The notes beneath the pieces are model-generated. The model was not told the origin of the DNA and made no database searches. It saw only the letters and a list, made by a program, of their open reading frames with translations. Both the position numbers and the translations under genes were made by a program. 64,000 nucleotides of DNA from Podarcis bocagei. Taxonomy: Eukaryota. Positions 8,458 through 22,287 of the stretch are shown here, in pieces (the first letter of the stretch is position 1; every line of letters begins with the position of its first letter). The DNA is taken from the NCBI GenBank assembly GCA_964188305.1, contig OZ076898.1. One strand, given 5' to 3'.

Positions 8458-9549
8458 AAGATTGCTGTGCACCTAATTCTACTGAAACCAATCAGACTTC
8501 AAAACAGAGGTGGCTATTGTAGTTGAACTACAGCTCCGATAATTCCTGTTTATTGGCCATACTAGCTGGGGTGTAATAGCTCAGCCACCTCCTTGGCCAC
8601 ACTGCCTTACCCGGTCCAGGGGCTACCAGCCACCACAGGAAAAAGAAGTCCCACAATGGATTTGTGCCTGTTCATCCTCTCAAACTTGCAAAGGATTTGA
8701 GCACTTACAAGGAGGTCAGCAGTTAGCTAGGACTTAATCTGAGGCCTGGCTCGCTCACCAGGGCTGAGTCCCGGCACCTGTTTTCAGTGACAGCACTCGG
8801 CTCTGGATTATATGAAGTTCCTTTCCATCTTTAGTGAGTAACATCAACTAGCCCCAAACAGATGTGTCATTAGAGGAAATGTCTTCCAGGTCAGAGGGTG
8901 TGAATTCCCATCACACTTGCTCCCCAGCACTGCTCATATTTCAGAAAGGAAGCAGTGTTTCCAGCTCAATGGCTCTAAAATTCTCCAAAGTGAAAGCAGG
9001 TTGTTGGACTTCTTGTCTTGTACATTTTATGCACAAATGGAGGTGTTGGGGAAGAACTATATTTTATGTAAAATGTAGCTCTACAGTTAAAGGAGAGAGA
9101 AAAGTACTAAAAAAAGAGGAAGGAGAGGAGAGAAATCTGTTGGCAAAATCTTTTAATATTTTCCACCTTCTCACGAATATTGACACTCAGGTCTGTGGAG
9201 GGAGGACTAAATGTCTGATTTATGTCTCTGGTCATGAGACAATGCAGAGGTGAGGTCAGATGCAGGCATCCTTCATCCTCTCTTCAGTACTCTGGCTTAT
9301 CCCTTGGGCAAGGTAGAGTCAAAATATCTCAAATGGCAGAAGTCACCTGAGTGACATGACTGGAGGTTAAAGGAGCAGAGCCCCCACCTCCTATGGGCCG
9401 GATGACACCTATATATCTCCATGTTACTATTGTTTCCACTTGAAAAATGGCACATTGGTTGTGGTAGCTTTTGACTTTTCCCCTGCCCCACTTCCTCACC
9501 CTAAATTACCTTGGACTTCCACCAAAATCATCTGGAATTATTTGTATTG

Positions 9550-9876
9550 TGTAACTTAAGGATGGGGGAAAGGAAGATAAAATCAGAAAAACCAAAGACT
9601 GTGGCCAACAAGTGTTTCATGCTAGCATAACCCTAATAGGGAACAACACAGAGAATGAATCTGATTCTGAGTTTTGGGAGTTCTCTTCATTGATGAGATG
9701 CTGAACAGTTGCATAGCAGCAGGGAGAGGGTGTGATTTGTTGCAGGGAAGCATCAGTCTGGAAGTTACCTGCAACAAATCATGCATGAAACACTTGTTGG
9801 CCACAGTCTTTGGTATTCCTTATTTTATCTTCCCAAATCACACTCTTATCTTCCCTTTCCCCATCCTTAAGTTACA
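9550..9876. repeat. Foldback/MITE-like element with long inverted repeats
   Basis: Perfect 32-bp inverted repeat (9591-9622 and 9783-9814) plus an outer imperfect arm TGTAACTTAAGGATGGGG. Confidence 0.7.
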
Positions 9877-12352
9877 GTGCATAATATGTTGCACATGCAC
9901 ATGTTGTTGTTGTTGAATTCTCTGCCCAGGAAGTGTTCCAACAAATACAGTTGGGCAATTGGAAATTATCAGCACACACTTTTGCAGTTTTCCAGTTTTG
10001 TGCAAATCGGACTGTTCAGACTGTACTATATGCATTTAATTGCCATTTAACTCCAACTTATACATCTTCTATATATGCCTCTTTTAGCTGACAATTGTAC
10101 TTCATGCATCTGATGAAGTGGACTCTCGTCCAAATGTGTTAGTATTTAAGGTGCTACATAACACTTTGTTGCTTTTCATACATTATGTTTTAGCAAGTAC
10201 TTCTTGGTATAGTTCTTAATCTGAGTTTTTAAGGATATGTGTCCTCCTGTATGGCATTTCCAATTGATCATAATTTCATATTGTCTGGACTTGAATTGGA
10301 AAACAAGGATATGGTGTAAAATGGACTTTGGTAGTAAGTAACCAGCAGATTGTTTATGACAGAAGCTGAAGTATGTGTCTAGGTGTTTTTATATGGCTCT
10401 CAAACTGTGGGATGATAATAGAACATGGTGTGGACCAATCGAGCTGAGAAGTCCTTGATGGAAGTGTGAGAATGGGTCTTCTCATTCATGGACCTCCTAC
10501 AGTGACTGAGAGCTATATCCCTGGACCCCAAGGACTCCTGTGTCTTGGGCTTGCAGGTGCTGGCAGCAAATATTAGACCACAAGACACCCTGAAGTGAGC
10601 CAGTGCGCCGACTGTGTCACCACACAGCTTGCCCATATGTTATTACTTATACATCAACCCTCCCTGAGTAATGGCCTGCAGGTTGAGGCAAAGCCAGCTT
10701 TCGTCGAGCATATATTTCAGCAGTGTTTAAATAAGCCCATCGAGACGCGCGTCGCGTGAACTTTTCTCTCCCATCCGTCTGCTCAGAGCTGCCTGTGGAA
10801 CAAAATGAATGGAGAATACAGGAGGCAGGGGGGAGGTGCTTTGAGCCTTCCTCACTCCCCTGGAAAATGAGCTAGTCTGCTTTAACAATAAATGGTGACC
10901 AGTTCGAAAGCACACATGACCGGTCTAGTGAAGATTGAGCAAAGTAAGTTGAGCTTAATGAAGTCCTGCGTCTTCTGGACAGGAAAGGACGGGTGTTTTA
11001 TAACTGTTTATTGGAGTTAATGGTAATAAATTCCTCACTTATGACGCATTAACTTTAATGTTTTCATTATGGGGTGATATAGGGCTTGCCTTTTAACATA
11101 GTAAATCATGCTGTCCTGATAGCATAGTGGGTTGAGCGGCTGACATAATGTTATGTTTAGGGGGAGAAGAGAAGAAACAAGAGAATGAGGTATATAGATC
11201 ATCTAAAAATATTTTGATCCCACCTCCCCAAATGTAGTTTTAACCTTTTTGGCAGTATAAGCAGACATGCCAACAGGGCAAACAGTTTAGAGCAGGACTT
11301 TAAGCTGGAGTTGCTAAGCCTCTTGTGAAGGCCTAGTTTCCATAGCAACTTCCGAACTGTTCTTGGTGCTAAAGCTCCTCTTTCTTCTATTTTTCCCGCC
11401 TTCCTCTTTGGTAGAGTCTGCGGCCTTTAGCTAATGAGCTGTGCAAATAGATATTGAGATTTACATTTTTTTAGTTTTGCAGTTACCATCTTAGCAGCTT
11501 GGAGGAAATTTTCAGAGCCAGGGGCAACCAGCCACCTTCTCACCGAATGCCCTGTGCCCTCTGTGCCTTCCTCTCACCTCCACCCCTTGCCCTTATTTTG
11601 TGTCACAGTTATTTTACTTTCGAGCATGCAACAAAATTTCTCAAGCACAAAGAGAAAATACTGTAGTAGAATTTTAAAAAGAAAGCACATCTAGTTATAA
11701 ATCAGTAAAAGGTGTTTGTGTTCTGCTCACATGGTCTTAGGAAAACTCAATGGAAAGCTCCAAAGGCTTTTGCATAGCCGAGGTTACTCAGGTTAGAGGG
11801 CCCAAGGTCACTTGTGCCCAAAGTTGTGTGTAGTTGTGGATGGTCTAGTTGGAGACAGGTCACTCATTTGGCCAGGGAATCGCTGATGAGCACTAGCCTT
11901 CATTGAGCCTGGCCTGAATGGTCATGGATTGAAAGCTGTCCTCCACTGTGTTGTCCTTGCATGGGGCACTGGTAAAGCCAGCCAGCAAAGCCTTCACTTT
12001 TTCCATGGTTCTTAAGCTAGTTGACATGGACTTTGTGTAAACAAGATTGTGGCCTGTCAGACCTGGTTGCTAGAGTCATGGTATGGTAAGAAATGCAGAG
12101 AAGTGACATGGCAGTCTGCTATAGTTGTTGCTGATGAATTCTTGATTTCTCACCCCTTGCTTTCAAAGTAAAAATTCTTTTTTAAAACAATTAAATTATA
12201 AATAAATTCACATTGTGCCCCTCATTGGACACACCCTACCAAGACATTCTCATGGGACCTGTGTCAGAACTCAGTAATGGTCCTGCATTCATTTCAGGGA
12301 GGCTGTATCTTGTTCTGTTCTGTATCTTGTTGTGTTCTTGTTCCGCATCTAA

Positions 12353-12717
12353 GGGACGCGGGTGGCGCTGTGGGTAAAATCTCAGTGCCTAGGACTTGCT
12401 GATCGCATGGTCGGTGGTTCAAATCCCCGCGGCGGGGTGAGCTCCCGTCATTCGGTCCCAGCTCCTGCCCACCTAGCAGTTCGAAAGCACCCTTAAGTGC
12501 AAGTAGATAAATAGGTACTGCTTTCTAGCGGGAAGGTAAACGGCGTTTCCGTGTGCTGCGCTGGTGCTGGCTCGCCAGCTGCAGCTTCGTCACGCTGGCC
12601 ACGTGACCCGGAAGTGTCTTCGGACGGCGCCGGCTCACGGCCTCTTGAATGAGATGAGCACGCAACCCTAGAGTCGGACACGACTGGCTCGTACGGGCAG
12701 GGGTACCTTTACCTTTA
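12353..12717 (+). mobile_element. Sauria SINE, full length
   Basis: GGGACGCGGGTGGCGCTGTGG head with B box GGTTCAAATCC; (ACCTTT)n tail. Confidence 0.88.
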
Positions 12718-13611
12718 CTATCTTGTTCTGTGGTGGATTGCTAGTTGCATTCATTCTATATGCTAACATTATATCAGAAAATTGTTCCATAAACTAGTAG
12801 ATTTTTGCCTGTGTGCGCAAAATTTGGTAGAGAGATCCTGAAAGAAGTATGTCAAATACAGTTTTGGTGTATGAGGTTATTGTGCATATCATCAGATTTG
12901 GGGGCGGGGCACCTGTTGCTACTACTAGTTTACTTCTTCATCAGACTGAGTGACAATGATACCTTTATTATTTGCAGCCCTGTTCTATCTGACCTCACGT
13001 CTTTATAAGTCTGGGCAGTGTGTGTGTTGCTTAAGGTTATAAACTGTGCACTTTGAAATTTTTGCATGGAATCTAGATGTTTTCCCTCAGGAATAGCTCT
13101 TCTGTTGTAGAGATACATTGGCATTTGAAGTGCAGTATTTTGGGGTTTTATAATCTGATAAAGCTGCCATTGCTACTATTGTCATATGGGATGTAATTGA
13201 ACAAAACTAAAGGCTTGTGTTATGCTTTCCCTGTGACATGAATTGTGATAGGGAACACAGCTCTCCCCCGCGTCGATCATAATTTGTCACAGTGCCGAAT
13301 AATTTCCCCAACTATGGGGAAAATAACTTTATTTACTTAACTGCAAAAATTATACACTGCACCACCAGCTCAAATGGACTCTCAAAGTTTCTTACCACTT
13401 ATAAAAACATAAACACTACAATAAAACCACAATAAAAATTAGCAATGAGAAAGTAATAAAACATCAAGCCAGCTCCATAAAATACTAACAATGCAGAAGA
13501 AACTAGTATCATTCTTCCTCTAATCACTCACGAGCCTTCTTGAATAAGACATTGGATAGATCTGAACAACTCCTAATCTGCTTCAGTGAGCTGTTTGTTG
13601 CTGCCAGGCAG

Positions 13612-13846
13612 NNNNNNNNNNNNNNNNNNNNNNNNNNNNNNNNNNNNNNNNNNNNNNNNNNNNNNNNNNNNNNNNNNNNNNNNNNNNNNNNNNNNNNNNN
13701 NNNNNNNNNNNNNNNNNNNNNNNNNNNNNNNNNNNNNNNNNNNNNNNNNNNNNNNNNNNNNNNNNNNNNNNNNNNNNNNNNNNNNNNNNNNNNNNNNNNN
13801 NNNNNNNNNNNNNNNNNNNNNNNNNNNNNNNNNNNNNNNNNNNNNN
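13612..13846. other. Assembly gap
   Basis: Run of N. Confidence 1.
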
Positions 13847-14450
13847 CATATTCAAGTGTCTGCTCCACTGGAAAAAATTGGGCAAATCATTATTTCTCAA
13901 TGCAGAACTCACATGATGACAGCAGACCTTTTTCTTTGACAGCCGATCACATTTCCATTACCCTTTCCAGCAGAGAAGAGAAGGGCAGGTAGGGGTATGT
14001 GTTGAACCCACTGCTACCTACAAAGCATTTCCCCCTGTTGCCTTTCTCTGCACTGATGCTGTTAGGCAATTTTATATTTCAGTCAGTATTCTCACAAAGG
14101 AGCTTTACTTCATTTCCTTCAAAATAGGCTGTTTTGTGGGGGCTTACTTCTCATTCGGCTGTGTGGGACCCTGGACATCAGCCACTGGTGCTGACTCCTG
14201 CCTTGGTGCAACCAATATAGCCAGGCTTTGATAATAGTAATGGGCCTAGCTGGAAGAGGATGGGACATGGGAGGGGACTGCAACCTCAGGGAGAAAGTGG
14301 TGAGCACAATAAGAGATCAGCACTTCATCCCACCTACTTCTCCCCAGGAAATCATTCCATCTCTCCCATCTTGCTACTGTTTGACAGCAACAAATGAAGC
14401 CCGTGGGTCCCTCCAAACTGGTAGTTTTATTGCAAGTAAATTCTACAACA

Positions 14451-14452
<2 letters not shown>

Positions 14453-14508
<56 letters not shown>
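14453..14508. repeat. (TTA)n microsatellite
   Basis: Direct reading. Confidence 0.9.
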
Positions 14509-14511
<3 letters not shown>

Positions 14512-14603
14512 TGAATTTATATACTGCCCTTTACCTGGTGGTATAGATGCAAGAAGAATGCATTGTTGGTAGATTTATTCTGCTTTAGTATATTATTCTG
14601 CCT

Positions 14604-14864
14604 TTCGGTCCCAGCTCCTGCCCACCTAGCAGCTCGAAAGCACTCCTAAGTGCAAGTAGATAAATAGGTACCACTTTATAGCAGGAAGATAAACGGCATT
14701 TCCGTGTGCGGCGCTGGTGCTGGCTCGCCAGTTGCAGCTTCGTCACGCTGGCCACGTGACCCGGAAGTGTCTTCGGACAGCGCCGGCTCCCGGCCTCTTG
14801 AGTGAGATGAGCGCGCAACCCTAGAGTCGGTCACAACTGGCCCGTACGGGCAGGGGTACCTTTA
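14604..14864 (+). mobile_element. Sauria SINE, 5'-truncated
   Basis: High identity to the 3' part of the 12353-12717 copy. Confidence 0.85.
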
Positions 14865-17800
14865 GTATATTCTTCGGTGCTTCTCTAATTACTGCAATGC
14901 AACCGCATTATAGCTGTCTGGAGGGGCACAGCTAAACTGGAACAAAAAAACCCCAGAAGGTTGGTAGTATAAAAAGTTATGGGATTTCAGCAAAAAGTTA
15001 TGGAATATGCACTAATTGGGAATGAAAACAGTATTGAAAATGGGATTGCATGTGACCTGAACACAAATCACTATGACTGCACAATAGAACGAACAACTGG
15101 AGGGGACCTTAGTTTGTTAGCCACTATTCCAGTTTAGCTCTCCCTTTTTGGGACATTTGTGCATACAGTACTGTCACTTCTTGAGTTGTCAGTTATGTAT
15201 GCAGCTGCAAAACCAGAAGTGCAGGAAGTGATATCCTAGGAGTATATATTGTTATGGTTTGCTTATTTACATTGATTGCCTGTCCATCCTAAAGACTCAC
15301 CACAGATCTGTAGTCTTCTCCAAAGAATTACAGGTTCCAGAGTTCCCTGGAGAGAGGGAATGAATAAACCAGTTTGAGTCTATGGTGCAGAATATTGTGG
15401 ACTGAATTATCTGCCTGACCCTGCCATGTGGGTCACCAGATAACTGGTGCATGCAGATATGCAACTGATTAAACTCAGATTCATTGAATCAGTGCAGCAA
15501 AGCCCTGGAAAATAACTTTATATTTTTTAAGTTGATTGGGAAATGGTGTGAGAGACTGTCCGGCTTTGACAGTGGTATATACATTTAAAACAAAAGAGTA
15601 AATGCTCCATTTGAACAGGCCCCGAAAAATGCAAAAGACCAAATTCTGGCAATAAATCCATCACTTGAATAACTGTTTCCCATATGATTTGCTGCCATTG
15701 ATTGCCACCCCACAGCATTGACTCTGGGTTGTTATCTTCCTGTTGATGCCCACACTTTCTGAATTTCTGCTTACTAGCTTCTAACAAAAATGTCCACATA
15801 AAATATTTCTGACTGATTTCTTCTCATACACTTTTCTTATTTACTCCAGTGAGCAATGCAATAAAATTAACTTTATACAGGATCAATTTGAGGTGATCCA
15901 TTTGCTGACAATTGTATTACATTTCTCTCCTGCCTCCTGCTGTTTTTTTCTTTGAAATATTCCCTTATCTTGTCCATAATCTCTAGGTGTTGAAAGTTAC
16001 AGTAGTAAGGAGCAGTAACAACCCCTGAAACTTCCCCACCACAAGCCATACCACAATAATAATGTTAAATACAGGTGACAAGCAGGACTCTTTTTTTTAA
16101 CAGATTGACAAAGTAACAGATAATATAGATAAAATAAGAAGTTGTTAAGCTTTTGACTTAACGATCATGGGACAAGAGAATGGGGGCTCTTATTTATCAG
16201 TAACTGATTGAGACATAAAGAAACAAGAATAATAATGAATGGACAGCTTTCATAGTGAAAGAAAGCTAACAGTGGAATCCTTTAGGAATCTTTATTGGGA
16301 ATGACTTATTCCAAGGATATCTGGAATCGGGACAAGAGTGAATAGTCAATTTAATGGTGACACTAGGTTATTTGTTAAACTGGTTTTCTCCCATAGCTTT
16401 GGGACTGGAAGTAACCCCCAACATGCTGTACTTAAAAAAAACCACATACACAATGTTCTGCTTTGTACAGATTGAGATGTTGTATCATTGTCATACTCTG
16501 AAGAACTCCAAAATGATTTTTCCAAGCTGACTTGATACAAGACGTATGAGATATTTGGGAGCTTTAGGTGGTGAGTTCTTGGATCCAGAATTACTCTTAG
16601 GTATCCAGGTAGCTGTGTTGGTCAATAGTGATTCTTACCAGTGTCAGGAGGTACTCCCACTGTGCCCTTTCCTTAAAAAGGATGGTGCTAAAAATATTTA
16701 TGCTCTGGTGACATTGAGATTAAGTTAGTGCAAATATTCTATGTGGAGCTGCCTTTGAATGGCATTCAGAAACCTCATCTGGTTTCCAATTTTATAAATC
16801 CGTTAGTTGGTTTATGGGGCCAGTTTAATCTGCAAGGTCATAAACAGCCTGTACTTTTAAAGCACCTTCTGTTTATAGGGGCTTATAGCGATTTGCGCAA
16901 TTGAAGGGAGAGAGCATGACATTCCAGAACTATTGTGGCATGGCTGGGCAAGGGCTGCTTTCTTCACTTCCCAAAGGTGCTGAGGGAGGTAAACCTGCTA
17001 CCATTTGTCTGAGTTCCAGACTTAACATTAGACTTTAGGGCAACCAGACAGCAATAGGATATTCTGGTTTGTATTTGCTGCTTAATGGTTCATCTCTCCT
17101 TTGAGGTGGCACGGAGAGGCCTTAAAAACAAAGAGCTGGTTTGAAAACATGCTGAACTCCTCTCTAGATTTCATCTTAATTGTTCTGTGAGAGCTGAGAG
17201 AATGGGTAGGAGATGACAGAGGTATCTCACACCTGTCCTTTGTGTAAGTAATCTTCCTTCTCTTTTTTGAGAAAATGTTATATATACACCCACCCACACA
17301 GCATTTTTGGGAGGATGTTTGAGATTTCTTAGGGTAAAATCCCCAGTTTTTGACAAATGCAAATCATCATCTGGTTTCAGAAAAAGTTATTTAAAGGCTA
17401 TGTTAATTAAAATATTTTTTCTTCAAAGAAAAAAACATTAAAAGAAAAGCCTTCCAAACTTCCAAGTTTGGGAGACTATATGCCCTGTTTTTGAGAAATC
17501 CAGTATCTTCTTCCAAATTTGTAGTCACTTTACTGCAAATGCAGGAGATAAATCTGTGTTGTAGAAAATGCTGGTGAATACTCCTACATGTGGGATGTGC
17601 ATGTGTCTGCTTGTAGAGATTAGTTTAGTTTAAGAGAACCAACCTAATTTGCTGTTTCTGACTTATGGTTGGATCAGTATGCAGCTAACAACAGACTGCA
17701 CACTTCTTTGAATTTTGTGATGCAGTTTTGTTTCAAAAATTCATTAAATGTTATTTTATAAGAAAACCCATAGAAAAGTGTGCAAATATGTACATTTTAA

Positions 17801-18034
17801 GAGGAAAATGTGTACAAAATATGTATTTTAAGAGAAAGTGCATACCAAAACGTGTAAAATAGAAATGTACATTTTATGTCCTCACAAAAAAATGGGGAAT
17901 AGATTTATGACTGAACACCTGTGAAACTAACACTGAATAGAACTAGTTATATGCTAGAAACTCTGGCAGGCTAGGGACAAAGGTGAAAGCTACTTCCTAG
18001 TTCTACTGGATCTCTCAGCGGCATTTGATACCAT

Positions 18035-18322
18035 TGATTAATCCAGAATGCGGCAGCTAGATTGGTGACTGGGAATGGCTGCCAGGACCATATAACACTG
18101 GTCCTAAAGGATCTTCATTGTCTCCCCGTTCGTTTCCAAGCATAATGCAAAGTGTTGGTGCTGACCTTTTGAAGCTCTAAACAGCCTTGGCTCAGAATAC
18201 CTGAATGAGCTTGTCCAGCACCATAGTTCAGCCTGGACACTGACGTCCTCCAAGGGTCTTTTGCTGGTTCCCTCACTGCGAGAAGCGAAGTTACAGGGGA
18301 AAAGGCAGAAGTCCTTCTTGGT
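18035..18322 (+). mobile_element. L2 LINE 3' fragment, left part
   Basis: Homologous to the L2 at 28940-29577 (aatccagaatgcggcagctagattggtgactggg...). Confidence 0.8.
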
Positions 18323-20368
18323 AGTGGCGGCAGTGCCAGAATTATGTATAGGCTAAGTAGGCTGAAGCCTAGGGTCTCTAAATCTAGGGGGCCTCGCCAG
18401 CCTCCCCGCTCCCCAGCAGGCAACCTCCCCTCTCCCAAAATTGCAAACCCAAGACTCCATGCAAGGGCAAGGCAACTCAGGCCCAGCAATTATGGGACTC
18501 AAGGCTACCCAGTGGAGCCCAATTTCAAGCAGTGGGGCTCAACTTTAATTTTTTTATTATTATTTTTTGTAGGGCCCCAGTTCACAGCCAAACTCTGCAA
18601 AATCTTAGAGATATAAATAAAATCCATCTAGATTGCCCTGGTGCGGGGCCCCCAGTTTAGCCCAATTGCTCCAGTTGCCTTAAGGTCAGCCCTGATGAGA
18701 CTGTGCAGGGTTTGGACTGACAAGCCCTGCACCTTCTAGGTCCCTGGTGTCACTATTCAGAGTACAGACTCAAGGACTTGTTATGCAAATAAAGGGGGGG
18801 GCACTTATTGGAAATCAGTTTTGTCACCTCTCCCCCCCAAACCCCAAGACAATGAGCCCAGCCACCTTTTATTCACAGTTGCATAAGCACTGCACTACAG
18901 CATGGCCATAAACCTGTACGTTCAACCACTGAAATATACCCCCAATATGTAGCAATGGAGATTTATGTTACTGCTTTATGAATGAACATTGTGTTTTATG
19001 AATGGACTCTGTATTTTGTGAATTACCTAAGAGCCACCAATAGGGAGCTCTAGAATCGGACAGCTAACCAATCGGGTACTACCAAACAGCGACCCCTATT
19101 ACTGAAAGCAGGTAACTAGCAGGGAACGCTTCAGCTCAGCCTTTGCACTGTTGACTGAACACCCCTGCTGTGCAGATAATGGAGAAAGCTCATAAATTGT
19201 ATCCCTTCTGGCATCCTGGCCAACTCTATTACGCTGGTGTAAACCCTGGTGCACCAGAAGCACAGAATAGCAGCAAATAAAATCCGCTCATACGTCAGCA
19301 ACTGAAAAGACTTGTCAACCTGTTCTTCCAAAGTCTTCCTAAATTATAAAGCTCCAAAATATAGGCCAATAGAGAGCAAGTCTGGGAGAAGCGAGCCATA
19401 CAATGGGCACCACCAGTGAAAAGGCCCTGCTCCATGTAGCTCCTTCCATGTCATTTGATAGTGCGCCCACTTGCCCTCCTTCTTGACATGGAATGCTCTC
19501 TATTGAAGTCTCCAGGTCCAGTACAAAGACCATAAGAAGGGAGAGAAGGGACCTTGAAGTTCCCAACAGCTGTCAAGCAAGCAGGCAAGCACACAAGTCA
19601 CCTTTGTCACAGTCAGAACTGTTTTTGTACAATCTTGTTTGTTCTCGGTAACCAAAATTATATTATCAACATATACAAGCAGAAAGGTTGTTTCCCTTCA
19701 TTTGCAAGGAATCATACAAAACAAAGTGGCACTAATAAAGAAAAGTTCCAGGGTGGCAACAGAAAGCAAACTAAAAATGCTTCTGCCGTTCATCAAAACT
19801 ATCCAGCAATATCAAGTTATAGGAAAACTGGTGCTAGTAACAGTAATCCTTCTAGCTGGTTAATTGGTTCAGCAATTTCCATGCACATGATGTGTGATGC
19901 TAATTATTTCCCCAAAGAGTTAAATGATAACTAATCAGAGGCAGCTACAGTTGCAAATGGCAACAAAATATATGTGAAAGGAAGAGGAGCAGGTTTGCTC
20001 AAGTGTGTTGCAGGTAGAAATACTGTTTGTAATGAAGTGAGAGCAGTAGTTTACTGGCTCGAATTAACAAATAAGAAAGTTTTGAGAATTTAAATTCTAG
20101 ATTAAAATTGATTACTTCATTGAGAAGGGGATTGTAACAAAAATGCTGGGGCCTAATTTGAATAGTAGAGTGCCTGGTATCTGGTGGGCAATCTCATCCT
20201 TTATTTCCACACTGGCTGCAGACCAAATCACCTGTCAGGAGAGTTATGAGATTCAGGTGAGGGTCAGATGCCTTCACCTGTTATTTTTAAGAATAACATT
20301 ACAACATTAGTGTTAATTTTATGCATTTTTAAAAAATCACCATGGTATTTAACAATAATATCTTATGT

Positions 20369-22287
20369 GAAGAAGAATTTACAGGGGATGGGGCTTGGTC
20401 AAGGTTTTGGAAATGGTATAGGTGCAATTTATTCAGAACAGAAGGCTAAATTAATTGTGAACAATGTAGTGACGGAAGAATTTAAGACTGAGAAAGGAAC
20501 ACGACAAGGTTGCCCAATCTCTCCATTGCTTTTTATATCGGTCCTGGAGGTTTTGCTAAATATGATTAGAAGGGACCAATTGGTTAAAAGGTATACAAGT
20601 GGGAGCTAAACAGTACAAATTGAAAGCATTTGCTGACGACTTAGTATTGACTTTACAGGAGCCAGAATCTAGTACTAAAAAAGTACTGGAATTGATTCAA
20701 GATTTTGGTCAGGTAGCAGGCTTTAAGTTGAACAAGATGAAAACTAAGGTTTTAGAGAAAAATCTAACTGCGACGGAGAGAAATAAGTTTCAGAAGGAGA
20801 CAGGATTAACATTGGTTAAGAAAGTGAAATATTTAGGGGTTAATATGACTGCTAAGAACGTGAATTTATTTAAGGATAATTATGAAAAATGTTGGACTGA
20901 AGTGAAAAAGGACTTAGAAATATGGTCAAATTTGAAGTTATCGTTGTTAGGTAGAATTGCTGTGATAAAAATGAATGTACTGCCAAGAATGCTGTTTCTG
21001 TTTCAAACATTGCAAATTTTGGACAAAATTGATTGTTTCAAGAAGTGGCAGAGAGGTATCTCTAGATTTGTCTGGCAGGGCAAGAAGTCTCGTATAAAAT
21101 TTAAGATATTAACTGATGCTAAAGAAAGAGGTGTATTTGCCCTGCCAGACCTTAAACTTTATTATGAATCAGCCGCTTTTTGTTGGCTGAGAGAATGGAT
21201 GCTTCTTGAAAATACTGACGTATTGGATTTGGAAGGTTTTAACAATGTATTTGGTTGGCATGCATATCTGTGGTATGACAAGGTTAAAGCACATAAAGCG
21301 TTTAAAAACCATATTGTCAGGAAAGCACTGTTTAATGTTTGGATAAGATACAAAGACCTGTTAGAAAATAAAACCCCGAGATGGCTGTCACCAATGGAAG
21401 CAAAGGCTCAGAAAAAACTCAATATGGAGGCCAAATGGCCGAAGTATTGGGAAATTCTGGAGCAAGAGGGAGATAGACTAAAACTGCAGAGCTTTGAAAA
21501 ATTAAAAAACAGAGTGCAAGACTGGCTCCATTATTATCAAATAATGGAGGCATATAATTTGGACAAAAAATTAGGCTTCCAGGTGGAAAAATCAAAATTG
21601 GAAACAAAATTGTTAGACCCCAAAGTTAAGAATTTGTCAAGAATGTATAACTTGCTGTTGAAATGGAATACTCAGGATGAAACGGTGAAATCTGCTATGA
21701 TCAAATGGGCACAAGATGTTGGACATAATATTATGATGGCTGACTGGGAACAGTTATGGACCACAGGTATGAAGTTTACGGCATGTAATGCCTTAAGAGA
21801 GAATCTAATGAAAATGATCTATAGCTGGTACATAACACCAGTCAAGCTTGCAAAAATCTACCATTTGCCTGATAACAAATGTTGGAAATGTAAGGAGACT
21901 GAAGGTACATTCTTTCACCTTTGGTGGACATGCCCAAGGATTAAGAACTTCTGGGAGATGATTTATAATGAAATGAAAAAGGTATTTAAATATACCTTCC
22001 TGAAGAAACCAGAGGCCTTTCTCCTGACCATGGTCGGCCAATTGGTGCCAAGGAAAGATAGAACTTTTTTTATGTATGCCACAACAGCAGCAAGAATACT
22101 TATCGCAAAGTATTGGAAGACACAAGATCTACCCACCAAGGAAGAATGGCAGATGAAGCTGATGGACTACATAGAATTGGCGGAAATGACTGGCAGAATC
22201 CGAGACCAGGGAGAAGAGTCGGTGGAAGAAGATGGGAAAAAATTTAAAGTATATTTACAGAAATATTGCAAAATTAATGAATGTTAG
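20369..22287 (+). pseudogene. L1 ORF2 remnant (RT plus C-terminal zinc-knuckle region), one frameshift near 20590
   Basis: GTRQGCPISPLLF in one frame, then KAFADDL, YLGV, GRIAVIKMNVLP and CWKC..FFHLWWTC in the next frame. Confidence 0.9.

Noticed and set aside
10890-10910. DR2-like retinoic-acid response element TGGTGA-CC-AGTTCG
   Set aside because: Both half-sites are degenerate; cannot be supported without conservation data
13524-13992. ORFs spanning N runs (also 48373-48803)
   Set aside because: Assembly-gap artefacts
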